Shown: one piece after another, positions 10,269-21,077 of the stretch | Layout: each line of letters opens with the position of its first letter | How positions within the stretch are numbered: position 1 is the first letter of the stretch | The notes under the pieces: generated by a model | Databases searched by the model: none | Told to the model about the DNA's origin: nothing | What the model saw: only the letters and a program-made list of their open reading frames with translations | Assembly: GCA_046582565.1 (NCBI GenBank) | Contig: JAYGED010000078.1 | Location: 1,926-65,925 of the forward strand | Source of the DNA: Alphaproteobacteria bacterium | GTDB lineage: Bacteria > Pseudomonadota > Alphaproteobacteria > JAAXGF01 | Reading direction: 5' to 3' | Length of the DNA stretch: 64,000 nt | Position numbers and translations under genes: made by a program

Positions 10269-11740
10269 GGCGCGATACCCGCAGGCTTCGCATCAAACCC
10301 CGCCGCCTCTTCGAGGGCCGACGCGGCGCGCAACAGGGTGACCTCGTCGAAGGGCTTGGCGATGAGGTGCAGCCCGAGCGGCAGGCCACTGCCCGACAGG
10401 CCGGCGGGCAGGGAAATCGCCGGCAACCCGGCCAGGCTGGCCGGCACCGTGAAGACATCGTTGAGATACATGGCGATGGGATCGTCGGCCTTGTCGCCGA
10501 CGGCAAAAGCGTCCGACGGCGCGGTCGGGGTGAGCACCACATCGACATCAGCGAAGGCGGCGCTGAAATCTCGGGCGATCAGCGTGCGTATCTTCTGCGC
10601 CTTCAAATAATAGGCATCGTAATAGCCCGCCGACAGCACATAGGTGCCGATCAGAACCCGGCGCTGGACTTCCGCCCCGAAGCCCTTGGCGCGGGTCTGT
10701 TCGTACATCTCGGCGAGATCGTCCGAGGGCGACCGCAGGCCGAATTTAATGCCGTCGTAGCGCGCCAGGTTGGACGAAGCCTCGGCCGGGGCAACGATGT
10801 AATAGGTCGGCAGGGCATAGGCCGTGTGGGGCAAGCTGATCTCGACGATCTCGGCGCCCTGGGCTGCCAGCCAGTCGGCGCCACGGCGCCACAGAGCGTC
10901 GATCTCTTCGGGCATGCCGTCGACGCGATACTCGTCGGGGATACCCACGCGCAGGCTCTTGACGCCGCCCTGCAAGCCCGCCTCATAGTCGGAAACCGGA
11001 ACATTGACCGAGGTTGAATCCTTAGGGTCATGGCCCGCCATAACGCCGAGCAGGATGGCCGCATCCTCCACCGAGCGGCACAGGGGTCCGGCCTGATCGA
11101 GAGACGAGGCGAAGGCGATGATGCCCCAGCGCGAGCAGCGCCCGTAGGTCGGCTTCATGCCGACGATGCCGGTGAAGGCCGCCGGCTGGCGGATCGAGCC
11201 GCCGGTGTCGGTGCCGGTGGCGGCCAGGGCGGCGCGGGCAGCAACGATCGAAGCCGAGCCGCCCGAAGAGCCGCCGGGAACCAGGTCGCGGTCGTCGCCA
11301 TCGCGGCGCCAGGGGTTGATCGCCGGCCCGTTCGCGCTGAACATGTTCGACGAGCCCATGGCGAATTCGTCCATGTTGGTCTTGCCCAGCATCACCGCCC
11401 CGGCTTTCCATAGGTTCTCAGTGACCTTGGACTCATAGGGCGGTATGAAATTGCCGAGGATGTTCGACGCCGCCGTGGTGCGCACCCCTTTGGTGCAGTA
11501 GAGGTCCTTGATGGCGATGGGCAGACCATCCAGAGCACCGGCCTCACCATTGGCGCGCCTCTCGTCGGAGGCCTTTGCCATTTGCAGCGCGCGCTCGGGC
11601 GTCTCGGTGATCATGACGTTGAGCGGGCGCACCGCCTCCACGGCGGCAATATGGGCTTCGGTCAGCTCGGTGGCCGATATATCGCCCTTCTCCAACTGGC
11701 GGCGGGCCGCGCCGAGCGTGAGTTCAGTCAAGACGCTCAT
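10265..11740 (-). CDS. gatA: Glu-tRNA(Gln) amidotransferase subunit A.
   Basis: Amidase-signature GGSSGGSA. Start MSVLTEL overlaps the gatC stop (TAATG). Confidence 0.9.
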   Translation of the reverse strand: MSVLTELTLGAARRQLEKGDISATELTEAHIAAVEAVRPLNVMITETPERALQMAKASDERRANGEAGALDGLPIAIKDLYCTKGVRTTAASNILGNFIPPYESKVTENLWKAGAVMLGKTNMDEFAMGSSNMFSANGPAINPWRRDGDDRDLVPGGSSGGSASIVAARAALAATGTDTGGSIRQPAAFTGIVGMKPTYGRCSRWGIIAFASSLDQAGPLCRSVEDAAILLGVMAGHDPKDSTSVNVPVSDYEAGLQGGVKSLRVGIPDEYRVDGMPEEIDALWRRGADWLAAQGAEIVEISLPHTAYALPTYYIVAPAEASSNLARYDGIKFGLRSPSDDLAEMYEQTRAKGFGAEVQRRVLIGTYVLSAGYYDAYYLKAQKIRTLIARDFSAAFADVDVVLTPTAPSDAFAVGDKADDPIAMYLNDVFTVPASLAGLPAISLPAGLSGSGLPLGLHLIAKPFDEVTLLRAASALEEAAGFDAKPAGIAP

Positions 11741-12027
11741 TATTCGACCACCTTGGGCACCACGAAGAAGCTGCCGTCGGTCTCCGGCGCATTGGCCAGG
11801 ATATCGTCCCGGCAATCGCCATCGGTGATCACATCCTCGCGCTCCGGCAGGCGGACCTCGACGACGCTGGTCATCGGCGCCACATCGTCGGTGTCGACTT
11901 CGCTCAACTGTTCGACCCAGCCGAGAATATTCGACAGCTCGCCGGCCAGCGCCGCCTGCTTCTCTTCGGCGACGTGAATGCGTGCGAGCCGGGCGATTTT
12001 CGCCACGGTGGCCTTATCGATCGACAT
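11740..12027 (-). CDS. gatC: Glu-tRNA(Gln) amidotransferase subunit C.
   Basis: Small protein, [17 protein letters not shown]..., directly upstream of gatA. Confidence 0.85.
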   Translation of the reverse strand: MSIDKATVAKIARLARIHVAEEKQAALAGELSNILGWVEQLSEVDTDDVAPMTSVVEVRLPEREDVITDGDCRDDILANAPETDGSFFVVPKVVE

Positions 12028-12062
12028 GTGACATGTTCCGAAAAGTCTTATGATACGCGGCT

Positions 12063-12554
12063 TTGATACCATCCAGCATGAACCATCGCAAGCCCGTGGA
12101 AAACCTTCACGATCTGCTCTCCGAGTTGCAACCGGGTCAACGGCTCATGGGGCTCGACCTGGGTTCCAAGACTATCGGCATCGCCCTCTCGGACCCGGGA
12201 TTGACCATCGCCTCGCCGAAACTCACTCTGCGGCGTACAAAATTCAAGGCTGACGCGCAAGAACTGCACGGCCTGATTGAAGCTGATTGCGTCGGCGGCC
12301 TGGTCATCGGCCTGCCGTTGAACATGGACGGCAGCGAGGGACCGCGCTGTCAGTCGGTGCGCCAGTTCGCCACCAACCTGCTCGGCGAATTCGAGATCGC
12401 CATTGCCTTTTGGGACGAGCGGCTGTCCACGGTAAGCGCTGAGCGCACCCTGCTGGAAGCCGACATGTCGCGCAAACGGCGCGGCGAGGTCATCGATAAG
12501 ATGGCGGCAGCAATCATTCTCCAGGGCGCCCTCGACAGATTGTCCTATTCGTGA
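12063..12554 (+). CDS. ruvX: Holliday-junction resolvase-like protein YqgF/RuvX.
   Basis: Contains [16 protein letters not shown]. An alternative start lies at 12078. Confidence 0.85.
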   Translation: MIPSSMNHRKPVENLHDLLSELQPGQRLMGLDLGSKTIGIALSDPGLTIASPKLTLRRTKFKADAQELHGLIEADCVGGLVIGLPLNMDGSEGPRCQSVRQFATNLLGEFEIAIAFWDERLSTVSAERTLLEADMSRKRRGEVIDKMAAAIILQGALDRLSYS

Positions 12555-13466
12555 TCGCCGGCTTTCTCGCTCTGGCGCCGGTTGCCCTGGTCATCGCCTT
12601 GGGATGGGGCCTCAACCGGGCGGCTTTTCCCGGCGAAGGCTTCTGGGCGCCGGCCGAGCGCGTGACCTATTATCTACTCATGCCGTCGCTGATTGTCGGC
12701 AGCCTGGCGCGGGCGCAGGTCGATATCATCGATGTGGCGCCGATGATTTCCGTGCTGATCCTGTCGCTGTTGCTGGCCGGCAGCGCCATGCTCGTCCTGC
12801 GCCCTGTCCTGACCGACGATGGTCCGGCCTTCACCTCGCTTTTCCAGGGCGCCGTGCGCGCCAACATCTATGCCGCCATGGCCTGCACCGCGGCGCTCTA
12901 CGGCGAGCCCGGGCTGACCCTGGCGGCGGTTGGCGGTGGCGGCGGTCGTGCCCACTGTAAACCTGATGAGCGTCGCCGTGTTGAGCCGCTATGCTGCCGA
13001 CAAACCCGCGAACTGGACCGCCGTAGCCGGCGCCATGGCGCGCAATCCGATGATCATCGCCTGCGGGCTCGGCGCCCTGCTCAACCTCACCGGCCTCGGC
13101 GCGCCGGGAGTGATCAGCGCCCTGCTCGATATTCTCGGACCCGCCGCCCTCGCCATCGGCCTGCTCTGCGTCGGTGCGGGCCTGAGCTTTTCCGGTCTCG
13201 GCCGGTACCGGCGCGGCATCGCTGCTGCCTGCGCCGCCAAACTGCTCGTCCTGCCTGTCCTGGCGGCACTCGGCTGCGCGGCGTTCGGCGTGAGTGGCGT
13301 GAGCGCCGGTGTGGTGATATTTTTCGCCGCGTCGCCGACCGCGTCCAGCGCCTTCATCCTGGCGCGCCAGATGGGCGACGATGCGACCCTGATGGCCCAG
13401 ACCGTCGCCGCCAGCACCCTCGCCGCTGCCATCACGCTACCCATGGCGCTAGCGATTTTCCTCTGA
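12551..13466 (+). CDS. AEC-family (auxin efflux carrier / malonate transporter-like) membrane transporter, with an apparent frameshift near 12935-12960.
   Basis: The N-terminal half is in ORF 12551.. and the C-terminal half in ORF 12930..13466. Both are AEC-like, and they join inside a GGCGGTGGCGGCGG run. Confidence 0.55.
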
Positions 13467-13509
13467 GGATCGCATACTCTTTCTTCCTTGAGGGGAGGTT
13501 CATTATTCA

Positions 13510-14901
13510 ATGCTGACCAGGGCGCAATTCGAGCTTCGGGATCGGGCGCGGGAGCTGGCGGGACGGCGTATTGCGCCGCGCGCGGCGGCCATCGACCGTA
13601 ACGAGACCTATCCCTGGAACAACGTCAAGGCGCTGACCAAGGCGGGCTTCATGGGCATGACCATTCCCCAGGCCTACGGCGGCGGCGGCCTCGGCTATCT
13701 CGAGGCGGCGCTGGTCGTCGAGGAGATGGCGAAAGTCTGCGGCGTCACCGGGCGCATCGTCGTGGAGGGCAATATGGGCGCGGTCGGCGCCATCATGGCC
13801 TATGGCACCGAGACCCAGAAGCGGCTTGCCGCCAAGCTGGTGCTGGCCGGCGACAAACCCGCCATCTGCATCACCGAGCCGCAAGCCGGCTCGGCCGCCA
13901 CCGAGATGACCACCCGCGCCGACAAGCGCGGCGACCGCTACATCATCAACGGCAAGAAGCATTGGATCACCGGCGGCGGGGTGTCGCGGCTGCATCTGAT
14001 CTTCGCCAAGGTCTATGACGAATTCGATCGGGAAGAAGGCATCGGCGCCTTCCTGGTGGTGCGCGACAAATCCAGGGAGAAATCCAAGACCAGCGCCGGG
14101 ACTGTCGAGACCCTGACCCTGCAGGACATCATGGCCGAGCATAAATGCGCCCTGTCGGAAAGTACCGCACGGCGGCGTCTGCGCGATCATTTCGGCAACC
14201 GGCATCCCCAGGGAAAACGCTGGACCGTGCGGCGCGGCTCGGCCGAACATATGGAAACCCTCACCCTGCTGGACGCCGCCAAGGGGCTGATCATCGGCCA
14301 CCGCGAGCCGGCCATGGGCCTGCGCGGCATCCCCGAGACCGAAATCCTGTTCAACGATTTGGAAGTGCCCGAGGAAATGGCGCTGAAGCCGCCGCGCGGC
14401 CTAGCCCACGGCTTCGGCGATCTCATGCGGGCCTATAACGGCCAGCGCGTCGGCGCCGCCACGGTGGCCCTGGGCATCGCGCAGGGCGCGTACGAGCTGG
14501 CCCTCGCCTATGCCGCCGAGCGCGAACAGTTCGGCCGCCCGATCGCCGAGTTTCAGGGCCTGCAATGGATGCTCGCCGACATGAGCGTCAAACTCGAAGC
14601 AGCCCGCGGCCTGATCCACAAAGCTGCGCGAAGCCGTGCCGGTGGAGGTGGTGGGGGCGGCTTTCCGGACATGCTCATGGCCGCCCAGGCCAAACTGTTT
14701 GCCGCCGACATGGCCATCGAGGTGACCAACGGGGCGCTGCAAATCTTCGGCGCCGCCGGCTATTCCCGCGACCGGCCGCTCGAACGCATGGTGCGCGACG
14801 CCCGCATGTTCACCATCGGCGGCGGCACCGCCCAGGTCCTGCGCACCCTAATCGCCTCGAAAATACTCAACCGGCGCCTACCGCAAACCCGAGGGAGCTA
14901 G
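13510..14901 (+). CDS. Acyl-CoA dehydrogenase with a ~70-aa in-frame insertion.
   Basis: ACAD fold throughout (463 aa, versus about 385 typical). Extra segment at roughly 14071-14283. Confidence 0.8.
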   Translation: MLTRAQFELRDRARELAGRRIAPRAAAIDRNETYPWNNVKALTKAGFMGMTIPQAYGGGGLGYLEAALVVEEMAKVCGVTGRIVVEGNMGAVGAIMAYGTETQKRLAAKLVLAGDKPAICITEPQAGSAATEMTTRADKRGDRYIINGKKHWITGGGVSRLHLIFAKVYDEFDREEGIGAFLVVRDKSREKSKTSAGTVETLTLQDIMAEHKCALSESTARRRLRDHFGNRHPQGKRWTVRRGSAEHMETLTLLDAAKGLIIGHREPAMGLRGIPETEILFNDLEVPEEMALKPPRGLAHGFGDLMRAYNGQRVGAATVALGIAQGAYELALAYAAEREQFGRPIAEFQGLQWMLADMSVKLEAARGLIHKAARSRAGGGGGGGFPDMLMAAQAKLFAADMAIEVTNGALQIFGAAGYSRDRPLERMVRDARMFTIGGGTAQVLRTLIASKILNRRLPQTRGS

Positions 14902-15082
14902 ACGGTGCTGCGTTTTTCCTGGAAATAGGCGTTATCTGGGACATGTCGGCCGGACTGAGGGCAGATATGGTTTATTTGGTTGTTAGATCGACTGAGCAAT
15001 CCGATACTGGGAGAGGAGATCGCTGCCCGGTTGAAAACCGGCAGGGTGACGGCAACTGAAGCCGTGGGAAAGAGGTGAAGAT

Positions 15083-15484
15083 ATGCCCGACACCGACGAC
15101 AGCACCGTCAGGGTGATGATTATCGACGATGAGGAGTTCTCTCGTAAGTTCGTCACGCGCCTCCTCAAGACGATCGCCATCGAGCAGGTGCACACCGCCG
15201 ATAGTGGCGTTGACGCGCTCGCGCAACTGGCAGAACCCGGAACCGATATCGATCTCATCATCTGCGACATCGAGATGCCGGAGATGACCGGGTACGAATT
15301 CGTTCGCCAGATCCGCTATGGGACCGTGCCACGGTTCAAGGACGTGCCGATATTGATCCTTACCAGCTATGCAACGGAGAAGAACGTGCAGCTCGCACGA
15401 ACTCACAAGATCAACGGCTTCGTCACCAAGCCGCCGACAGCCGACATGCTCAGGGTCGAAATCCACAACGCGCTTGGCCACTGA
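15083..15484 (+). CDS. Single-domain response regulator (CheY-like receiver). No kinase gene is adjacent.
   Basis: 133-aa protein with the DD...D...T...K receiver signature (IIDDEEF...ICDIEMPEMTG...KP). Confidence 0.8.
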   Translation: MPDTDDSTVRVMIIDDEEFSRKFVTRLLKTIAIEQVHTADSGVDALAQLAEPGTDIDLIICDIEMPEMTGYEFVRQIRYGTVPRFKDVPILILTSYATEKNVQLARTHKINGFVTKPPTADMLRVEIHNALGH

Positions 15485-15517
15485 GCAGATCTTATAAGAC
15501 CATGCTCTAGACGCCGC

Positions 15518-15620
15518 CATCGTCACGCATCGCTTGCGGTGGTGGCGGCGCGGCTATATAGAAATTCGATGAACGCTGAACCGTCCGCAACCAATTTTCC
15601 TCACCGACATCTGCCTCGGA
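15518..15620 (+). repeat. Diverged duplicate of the pyrB 5' region (leader plus first ~20 codons). Direct repeat of 16898-17002.
   Basis: About 85% identity over roughly 100 bp to the true pyrB start. Encodes MNAEPSATNFPHRHLP... followed by a stop. Confidence 0.7.
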
Positions 15621-15679
15621 CCCGAGCCGGTTAGGTCTAACCGTCGCGGCGTCATCGAGATGATTTTCATGCAGAGAGC

Positions 15680-16882
15680 GTGATGACCGACCTCCATCAA
15701 TTTCGCCGGATCGTCTGGCCCCTGGCAGTCGCCGAAACCATTGTCTGGGCGGCGATCTATTATTCGTTCCCGGCCTTGCTGCCGGCCTGGGAGAGCGACC
15801 TCGGCTGGTCGAAGACAGAACTGACCGGCGCTTTCACCTCGGCCCTGGTTGTCTCAGCGCTGTTCGCACCGGTCGCCGGCCGTCTGATCGACCACGGCTA
15901 CGGCCGGCACACCTTCGCCGGCGGCGCCGTGCTCGGCGCGGTGATGCTTTTGCTGCTCTCTCAGGTCACGGAAATCTGGCAGTTCTATGCCATGTGGATC
16001 GGCCTCGGCTTCGCCATGTCGAGCGCGCTCTATGAATCCTGTTTCTCGGTCCTCACCCATTCCATGGGGCCCGACGCCAAGCGGGCGATCACCCTGGTCA
16101 CCCTGGTTGCCGGTTTCGCCGGCACGATTTCGTTTCCCAGCGCCCATTTCCTCGCCGATCTGGTCGGCTGGCGCGGCACGGTGCTGGTGTTCGCCGCCGC
16201 CGTCATGACTCTCGCCGTGCCGCTGATCTGGAACAGCTGCCGCCTGGCCGAACGGCAGGCCGAGACCCATGCCCTGGCGGCCAGTAAAAATGCGGCGCAA
16301 GCCCTGATTGTTGTCCGCTCGGCTACCTTCTGGCTGCTCGCCCTGGCTTTCGCCGTGCTCGCCTTCAACCACGGCATGGTGATCACCCATATTCTGCCGA
16401 TGCTCGATGACCGGGGCCTGCAATTGGAAACCGCGGTGCTGGCCGCTTCGATGATCGGCCCCATGCAGGTTACCGGACGTCTCGCCATAATGGCGGCCGA
16501 GCGCTATGTCTCGACGCGCTTCATCGCTCTGGGCTGCTACGTCGCCCTGGGCATTTCCGCGTGCTCGCTGTTGGGGGCAACTGCGGCGCCGGGCCTGATC
16601 GTCGGCTTCGTCATCTTCCAGGGCGCCGGCATGGGCGTCTTCAGCATCATGAGGCCGGTGGTCACCGCCGAGCTGCTGGGTCGGAGAAATTTCGGCGTCG
16701 TCTCGGGCTTGACCGCGGTGGTATATGTCGGCGGCGCGGCGGTTGCGCCGATGGCGGCCGCGCTGCTGTGGAAAACCGGCGGCTACGACCTGGTCATCTT
16801 GGTCGCCCTCGCCGCCGCTGTCATCGGCCTGTTAGCGCTTACCGCCGCCTGGCGCTCAGCCTCTCCCAACGACAGCGGCTGA
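15680..16882 (+). CDS. MFS transporter.
   Basis: 400-aa protein with about 12 TM helices and an MFS-like layout. Confidence 0.8.
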   Translation: MMTDLHQFRRIVWPLAVAETIVWAAIYYSFPALLPAWESDLGWSKTELTGAFTSALVVSALFAPVAGRLIDHGYGRHTFAGGAVLGAVMLLLLSQVTEIWQFYAMWIGLGFAMSSALYESCFSVLTHSMGPDAKRAITLVTLVAGFAGTISFPSAHFLADLVGWRGTVLVFAAAVMTLAVPLIWNSCRLAERQAETHALAASKNAAQALIVVRSATFWLLALAFAVLAFNHGMVITHILPMLDDRGLQLETAVLAASMIGPMQVTGRLAIMAAERYVSTRFIALGCYVALGISACSLLGATAAPGLIVGFVIFQGAGMGVFSIMRPVVTAELLGRRNFGVVSGLTAVVYVGGAAVAPMAAALLWKTGGYDLVILVALAAAVIGLLALTAAWRSASPNDSG

Positions 16883-16950
16883 GATCACAGTCGCTAAATC
16901 ATCACGCTTCGCTTGCGGAGGCGGCATGAGCGCGGCTATATAGAAACCCG

Positions 16951-17916
16951 ATGAGCGCTGAACCGTCCGCATCCGACTTTCCTCACCGACATCTGCTTGG
17001 CATCGAGGGGCTGTCGCCCGGCGACATCAGTCTTCTTCTCGACCTCGCCGACGGCTATGTGGCGCAGAACCGCCGCGCCGACAAGAAGACCGACCGCCTG
17101 CGTGGGCGCACCCAGATCAACCTGTTTTTCGAATCCTCGACCCGCACCCGGACCTCGTTCGAGCTTGCCGGCAAGCGGCTCGGCGCCGATGTCATCAACA
17201 TGTCGGTGGCCACTTCGGCGATCAAAAAGGGCGAGACCCTGATCGACACGGCGATGACCCTGAACGCCATGCATCCCGACGTGCTGGTGGTGCGCCATCC
17301 CGACAGCGGCGCGGTAAAGCTGCTGTCGGAAAAGGTCAATTGCGCGGTCATCAACGCCGGCGACGGCAGCCACGAGCATCCCACCCAAGCCCTGCTCGAC
17401 GCCCTCACCATCCGCCGCCGCAAGGCCGAACTCAGCGGCCTGACCGTGGCCATTTGCGGCGATATCCTGCACAGCCGGGTGGCGCGCTCAAATATCCATC
17501 TGTTCAACATCATGGGCGCTCGGGTGCGGCTAGTAGCGCCGCCAACCCTGTTGCCCTACGCCGCCGAACGCCTCGGAGTCGAGGTTTTTACCGACATGCG
17601 CGAGGGCCTCAAGGGCTGCGATATCGTTATGATGCTCAGGCTGCAGACCGAGCGTATGCAGGGCAGTTTCGTTCCTTCCGTGCGGGAATACTTCCGCTTC
17701 TACGGCCTCGATTACGAGAAGCTCGCCATGGCCAAGGACGATGCATTGATCATGCATCCCGGGCCGATGAACCGGGGTGTTGAAATCGACAGCGAACTGG
17801 CCGACGACATCACCCGCAACGCCATTCTCGATCAGGTCGAGATGGGCGTCGCCGTGCGCCAGGCCTGCCTCGAAGTCATGGGCCGCGACCTGCCCCAGCC
17901 GGATCACAACAGCTGA
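16951..17916 (+). CDS. pyrB: Aspartate carbamoyltransferase catalytic subunit.
   Basis: STRTR and HPTQ motifs. 321 aa. Confidence 0.93.
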   Translation: MSAEPSASDFPHRHLLGIEGLSPGDISLLLDLADGYVAQNRRADKKTDRLRGRTQINLFFESSTRTRTSFELAGKRLGADVINMSVATSAIKKGETLIDTAMTLNAMHPDVLVVRHPDSGAVKLLSEKVNCAVINAGDGSHEHPTQALLDALTIRRRKAELSGLTVAICGDILHSRVARSNIHLFNIMGARVRLVAPPTLLPYAAERLGVEVFTDMREGLKGCDIVMMLRLQTERMQGSFVPSVREYFRFYGLDYEKLAMAKDDALIMHPGPMNRGVEIDSELADDITRNAILDQVEMGVAVRQACLEVMGRDLPQPDHNS

Positions 17917-19250
17917 TGCCGAAAGAATTTCTCGCCGACCCCGCCCCCCAAGGACCGGCGCCCGAGGCCGTCGCCTATGTCAACGCCCGCCTGCTCGACC
18001 CGGCGAGCGGCCGCGACGAGACCGGAGCGCTGCTCACCGAGGGCCGCAAGATCGTCGATTTGGGGCCGGCTCTGTTCGCCGACGGCGTGCCCGAGGGCAT
18101 CGAGGTGGTCGATTGCGCCGGCCATTGCCTGGCCCCCGGCCTGGTCGATATGCATGTGCATTTGCGCGAACCCGGCCATGAGCACAAGGAAACCCTGGCG
18201 AGCGGCGGGCTGGCGGCGGCGGCCGGCGGCGTCACCACCATGGCCTGCATGCCGAACACCGATCCGGTGATCGACGATATCGCCCTGGTCCAGTTTATCG
18301 AGCGGCGCGCCCGCGAGACCTCACTGGTGCGCATCCATCCCATCGCCGCCATTACCAAGGGCCTGGGCGGCGAACAGATCACCGAGATGGGCATGCTTGC
18401 CGAGGCCGGCGCCGTGGCATTCAGCGACGACGGGCGGCCGGTCTTCAACAGCCTGGTCATGCGCCGCGCGATGAGCTATTCGACGGCGTTCAACGCCCTG
18501 GTTATCCAGCATGCGGAAGACCCCAACCTCTCGGCCTGCGGCTGTATGAACGAAGGCGAGACGGCGACCCGCCTGGGCCTGCCAGGCATTCCCAACGCCA
18601 GCGAGGCGGTCATTGTCGAGCGCGACATTCGCCTCGCCGAGATCACCGGCGGGCGCTATCACGTGGCCCATATTTCGACCCTGGAGGCGATTGACGCGGT
18701 GCGCCGGGCCAAGGCGCGCGGCCTGACCGTCACGGCGGAGGCGGCGCCCCATCATTTCGCCCTTAACGAGACCGCCATCGGCGACTATCGCACCTTCGCC
18801 AAGATGGCGCCGCCGCTGCGCGACGAGGACAGCCGCCGCGCCGTAGTCGAAGGTCTTAGGGACGGCACCATCGACGCCATCGCCACCGACCACGCGCCCC
18901 ACGATCAGGATTCCAAGCGCCTGCCCCTGGCCCATGCGGCGAACGGCGTGGTCGGGTTGGAGACCCTGCTGACCCTGTCGCTTGAGCTTTATCACAACGG
19001 CCATATACCGCTGCTCGCGCTGCTCGGCGCCATGACCATCAGGCCCGCCGAACTTCTCGGCCTCGATGTCGGCCGGCTTAGCGTAGGCGCGCCCGCCGAC
19101 CTTCTGTTGTTCGACCTGGATTGCCCCTGGCAAATCGAGGTCGACGCCTTTCATTCGAAATCGAAGAATTCGCCCTTCGACGGCCGCCCGGTCCAGGGCC
19201 GGGCGCTGCACACGGTGGTCGGTGGCCGAACCGTGTACCGGGCAGGCTAG
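17916..19250 (+). CDS. pyrC: Dihydroorotase (amidohydrolase; type I/multifunctional-complex type).
   Basis: DMHVHLREPG motif. Start overlaps the pyrB stop. Confidence 0.88.
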   Translation: MPKEFLADPAPQGPAPEAVAYVNARLLDPASGRDETGALLTEGRKIVDLGPALFADGVPEGIEVVDCAGHCLAPGLVDMHVHLREPGHEHKETLASGGLAAAAGGVTTMACMPNTDPVIDDIALVQFIERRARETSLVRIHPIAAITKGLGGEQITEMGMLAEAGAVAFSDDGRPVFNSLVMRRAMSYSTAFNALVIQHAEDPNLSACGCMNEGETATRLGLPGIPNASEAVIVERDIRLAEITGGRYHVAHISTLEAIDAVRRAKARGLTVTAEAAPHHFALNETAIGDYRTFAKMAPPLRDEDSRRAVVEGLRDGTIDAIATDHAPHDQDSKRLPLAHAANGVVGLETLLTLSLELYHNGHIPLLALLGAMTIRPAELLGLDVGRLSVGAPADLLLFDLDCPWQIEVDAFHSKSKNSPFDGRPVQGRALHTVVGGRTVYRAG

Positions 19251-19253
19251 GCC

Positions 19254-19889
19254 GTGCCCGACCCCATCAGCTGGGCCTATGCCTGGCCCTATTTTGCCGC
19301 CGCCCTCGGCTTTGGTTATCTGCTCGGCTCGATCCCCTTCGGCCTGCTGCTGACCCGTCTCGCCGGCCTCGGCGATGTGCGCAAGATCGGCTCGGGCAAT
19401 ATCGGCGCGACCAATGTATTGCGCACCGGGCGCAAGGACCTGGCCGCCGCCACCGTACTGCTCGACGGCGGCAAGGGCGGCGCGGCGGCGTTGATCGCCG
19501 GGGCGTTATACGGCCCCGACATGGCGGTGAGCGCTGCAGCGGCGGCGGTGATCGGCCATATGTTTCCGATCTGGCTCAGATTTCACGGCGGCAAGGCGGT
19601 GGCGACGGCCCTCGGCGTACTGCTCGCCATGGCCTGGCCGGTGGGGCTCATAGCCTGTCTGATCTGGCTCGCCATGGCCCGCCTGTTTAAAATGTCGTCC
19701 CTGTCGTCGATGACCAGTATCGCCGCCAGCCCCTTCCTTGCCTGGTGGCTCGTCACCCCGCAACTGACCGAGCTTTTCGCACTTCTCGCCGTTCTGGTGA
19801 TCGCCAAACACCATGAAAATATTCGCCGTCTGCTGCGCGGCGAAGAATCCAAGATCGACCTCGGTGCCAAATCCGACCGGAGTGAATGA
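19254..19889 (+). CDS. plsY: Glycerol-3-phosphate acyltransferase PlsY.
   Basis: GSGNIGATNV motif, about 5 TM helices, GTG start. Confidence 0.88.
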   Translation: MPDPISWAYAWPYFAAALGFGYLLGSIPFGLLLTRLAGLGDVRKIGSGNIGATNVLRTGRKDLAAATVLLDGGKGGAAALIAGALYGPDMAVSAAAAAVIGHMFPIWLRFHGGKAVATALGVLLAMAWPVGLIACLIWLAMARLFKMSSLSSMTSIAASPFLAWWLVTPQLTELFALLAVLVIAKHHENIRRLLRGEESKIDLGAKSDRSE

Positions 19890-21020
19890 TGAACCCGGCA
19901 GCGCGGGAACTCTCTGACGGCGAACGGCTCGACTGGCTGCGCCTGAGCCGCAGCCAGAACATCGGCCCGATCACCTTCTTCCAGCTGCTGCGCCATTTTG
20001 GCTCGGCCGGCGAGGCCTTGCGCGGCGCGCCCGAACTGGCGCGGCGCGGCGGCGGTAGAAAGCTCCGCCTCTGTTCACAAAGCGACGCGGAAGCCGAAAT
20101 TTTAGCCTGCGCGGACATTGGTGCGCGGCTTGTCGCCGCCGGCGAGCCTGATTATCCCCAGCATCTCACCGCCATCGCCGACCCGCCGCCGCTGCTCACC
20201 CTGATCGGCCATGGACATCTGCTGCGCAAACGCATGATCGCCGTGGTCGGGGCGCGCAACGCCTCGGCCAACGGCAAGCGCTTCGCCCGCCAGATCGCCA
20301 TGGACCTCGGCGCCAGGGGACTTCATCGTGGTCTCGGGCCTGGCCAAGGGCATCGACGCCAGCGCCCATCAAGGCGCCCTTGAGCGGGGAACCGTCGCCG
20401 TGGTCGGCGGCGGCGTCGAAGTGATCTATTCACCGGAAAACCAGGCCCTGCACGAACAAATCGCCGGCCAGGGTGCAATCATCGGCGAGTTCCCCCTCGG
20501 CACAGTCCCCAGGGCGAGTCACTTTCCACGCCGCAACCGCATCATCTCGGGCGTTGCCCTCGGCGGCGTGGTGATCGAGGCGGCGCTTCGGTCGGGCTCC
20601 CTGATCACCGCCCGGCTGGCCGGCGAGCAGGGCCGCGAGGTGTTCGCCGTGCCGGGCTCGCCGCTGGATCCACGCTGCGCCGGCACCAACAACCTGATCC
20701 GCGATGGGGCTGTGCTCACGGAAAGCGTTGCCGACATCACCGCCGCCCTCGCGGACATGCTGATCCAGCCCCTCGATGAAGTCCGCGACGGGCTCGATTT
20801 CGACCCAGAATCGCAACCCGCCCCCGCTGAATCGGAGCTTGATGAGGCGCGTGAATAAATCACGGAATCCCTCGGGCCATCGCCGGTTTCGGTTGACGAA
20901 ATCATTCTCCAGTGCCAAATAGCGGCTTCAGTCGTGCTGATGGTGCTGCTTGAGTTAGAGCTTGCCGGACGTCTCGACAGGCATCCTGGCAATCAAGTTT
21001 CTTTAAATATAATAGATTAA
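19886..21020 (+). pseudogene. dprA: DNA processing protein DprA/Smf, disrupted by a frameshift (~20318-20335) and an in-frame TAA at 20856-20858. The C-terminal winged-helix domain continues to 21020.
   Basis: Three pieces: ORF 19886-20383, ORF 20328-20858, then the same frame continuing after TAA. The continuation encodes ...[19 protein letters not shown]. Confidence 0.6.
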
Positions 21021-21077
21021 TTCCAATACCTTACTTTCAATCAAGACAGCGTTTCATAGTGAGTGAGAACCCCTGAT

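Noticed and set aside
20859-21020. Treating the DprA C-terminal winged-helix segment as an independent small gene.
   Set aside because: It has no start codon or RBS of its own and is in-frame with the upstream dprA ORF across a single TAA. A better interpretation is that it is part of a disrupted dprA.
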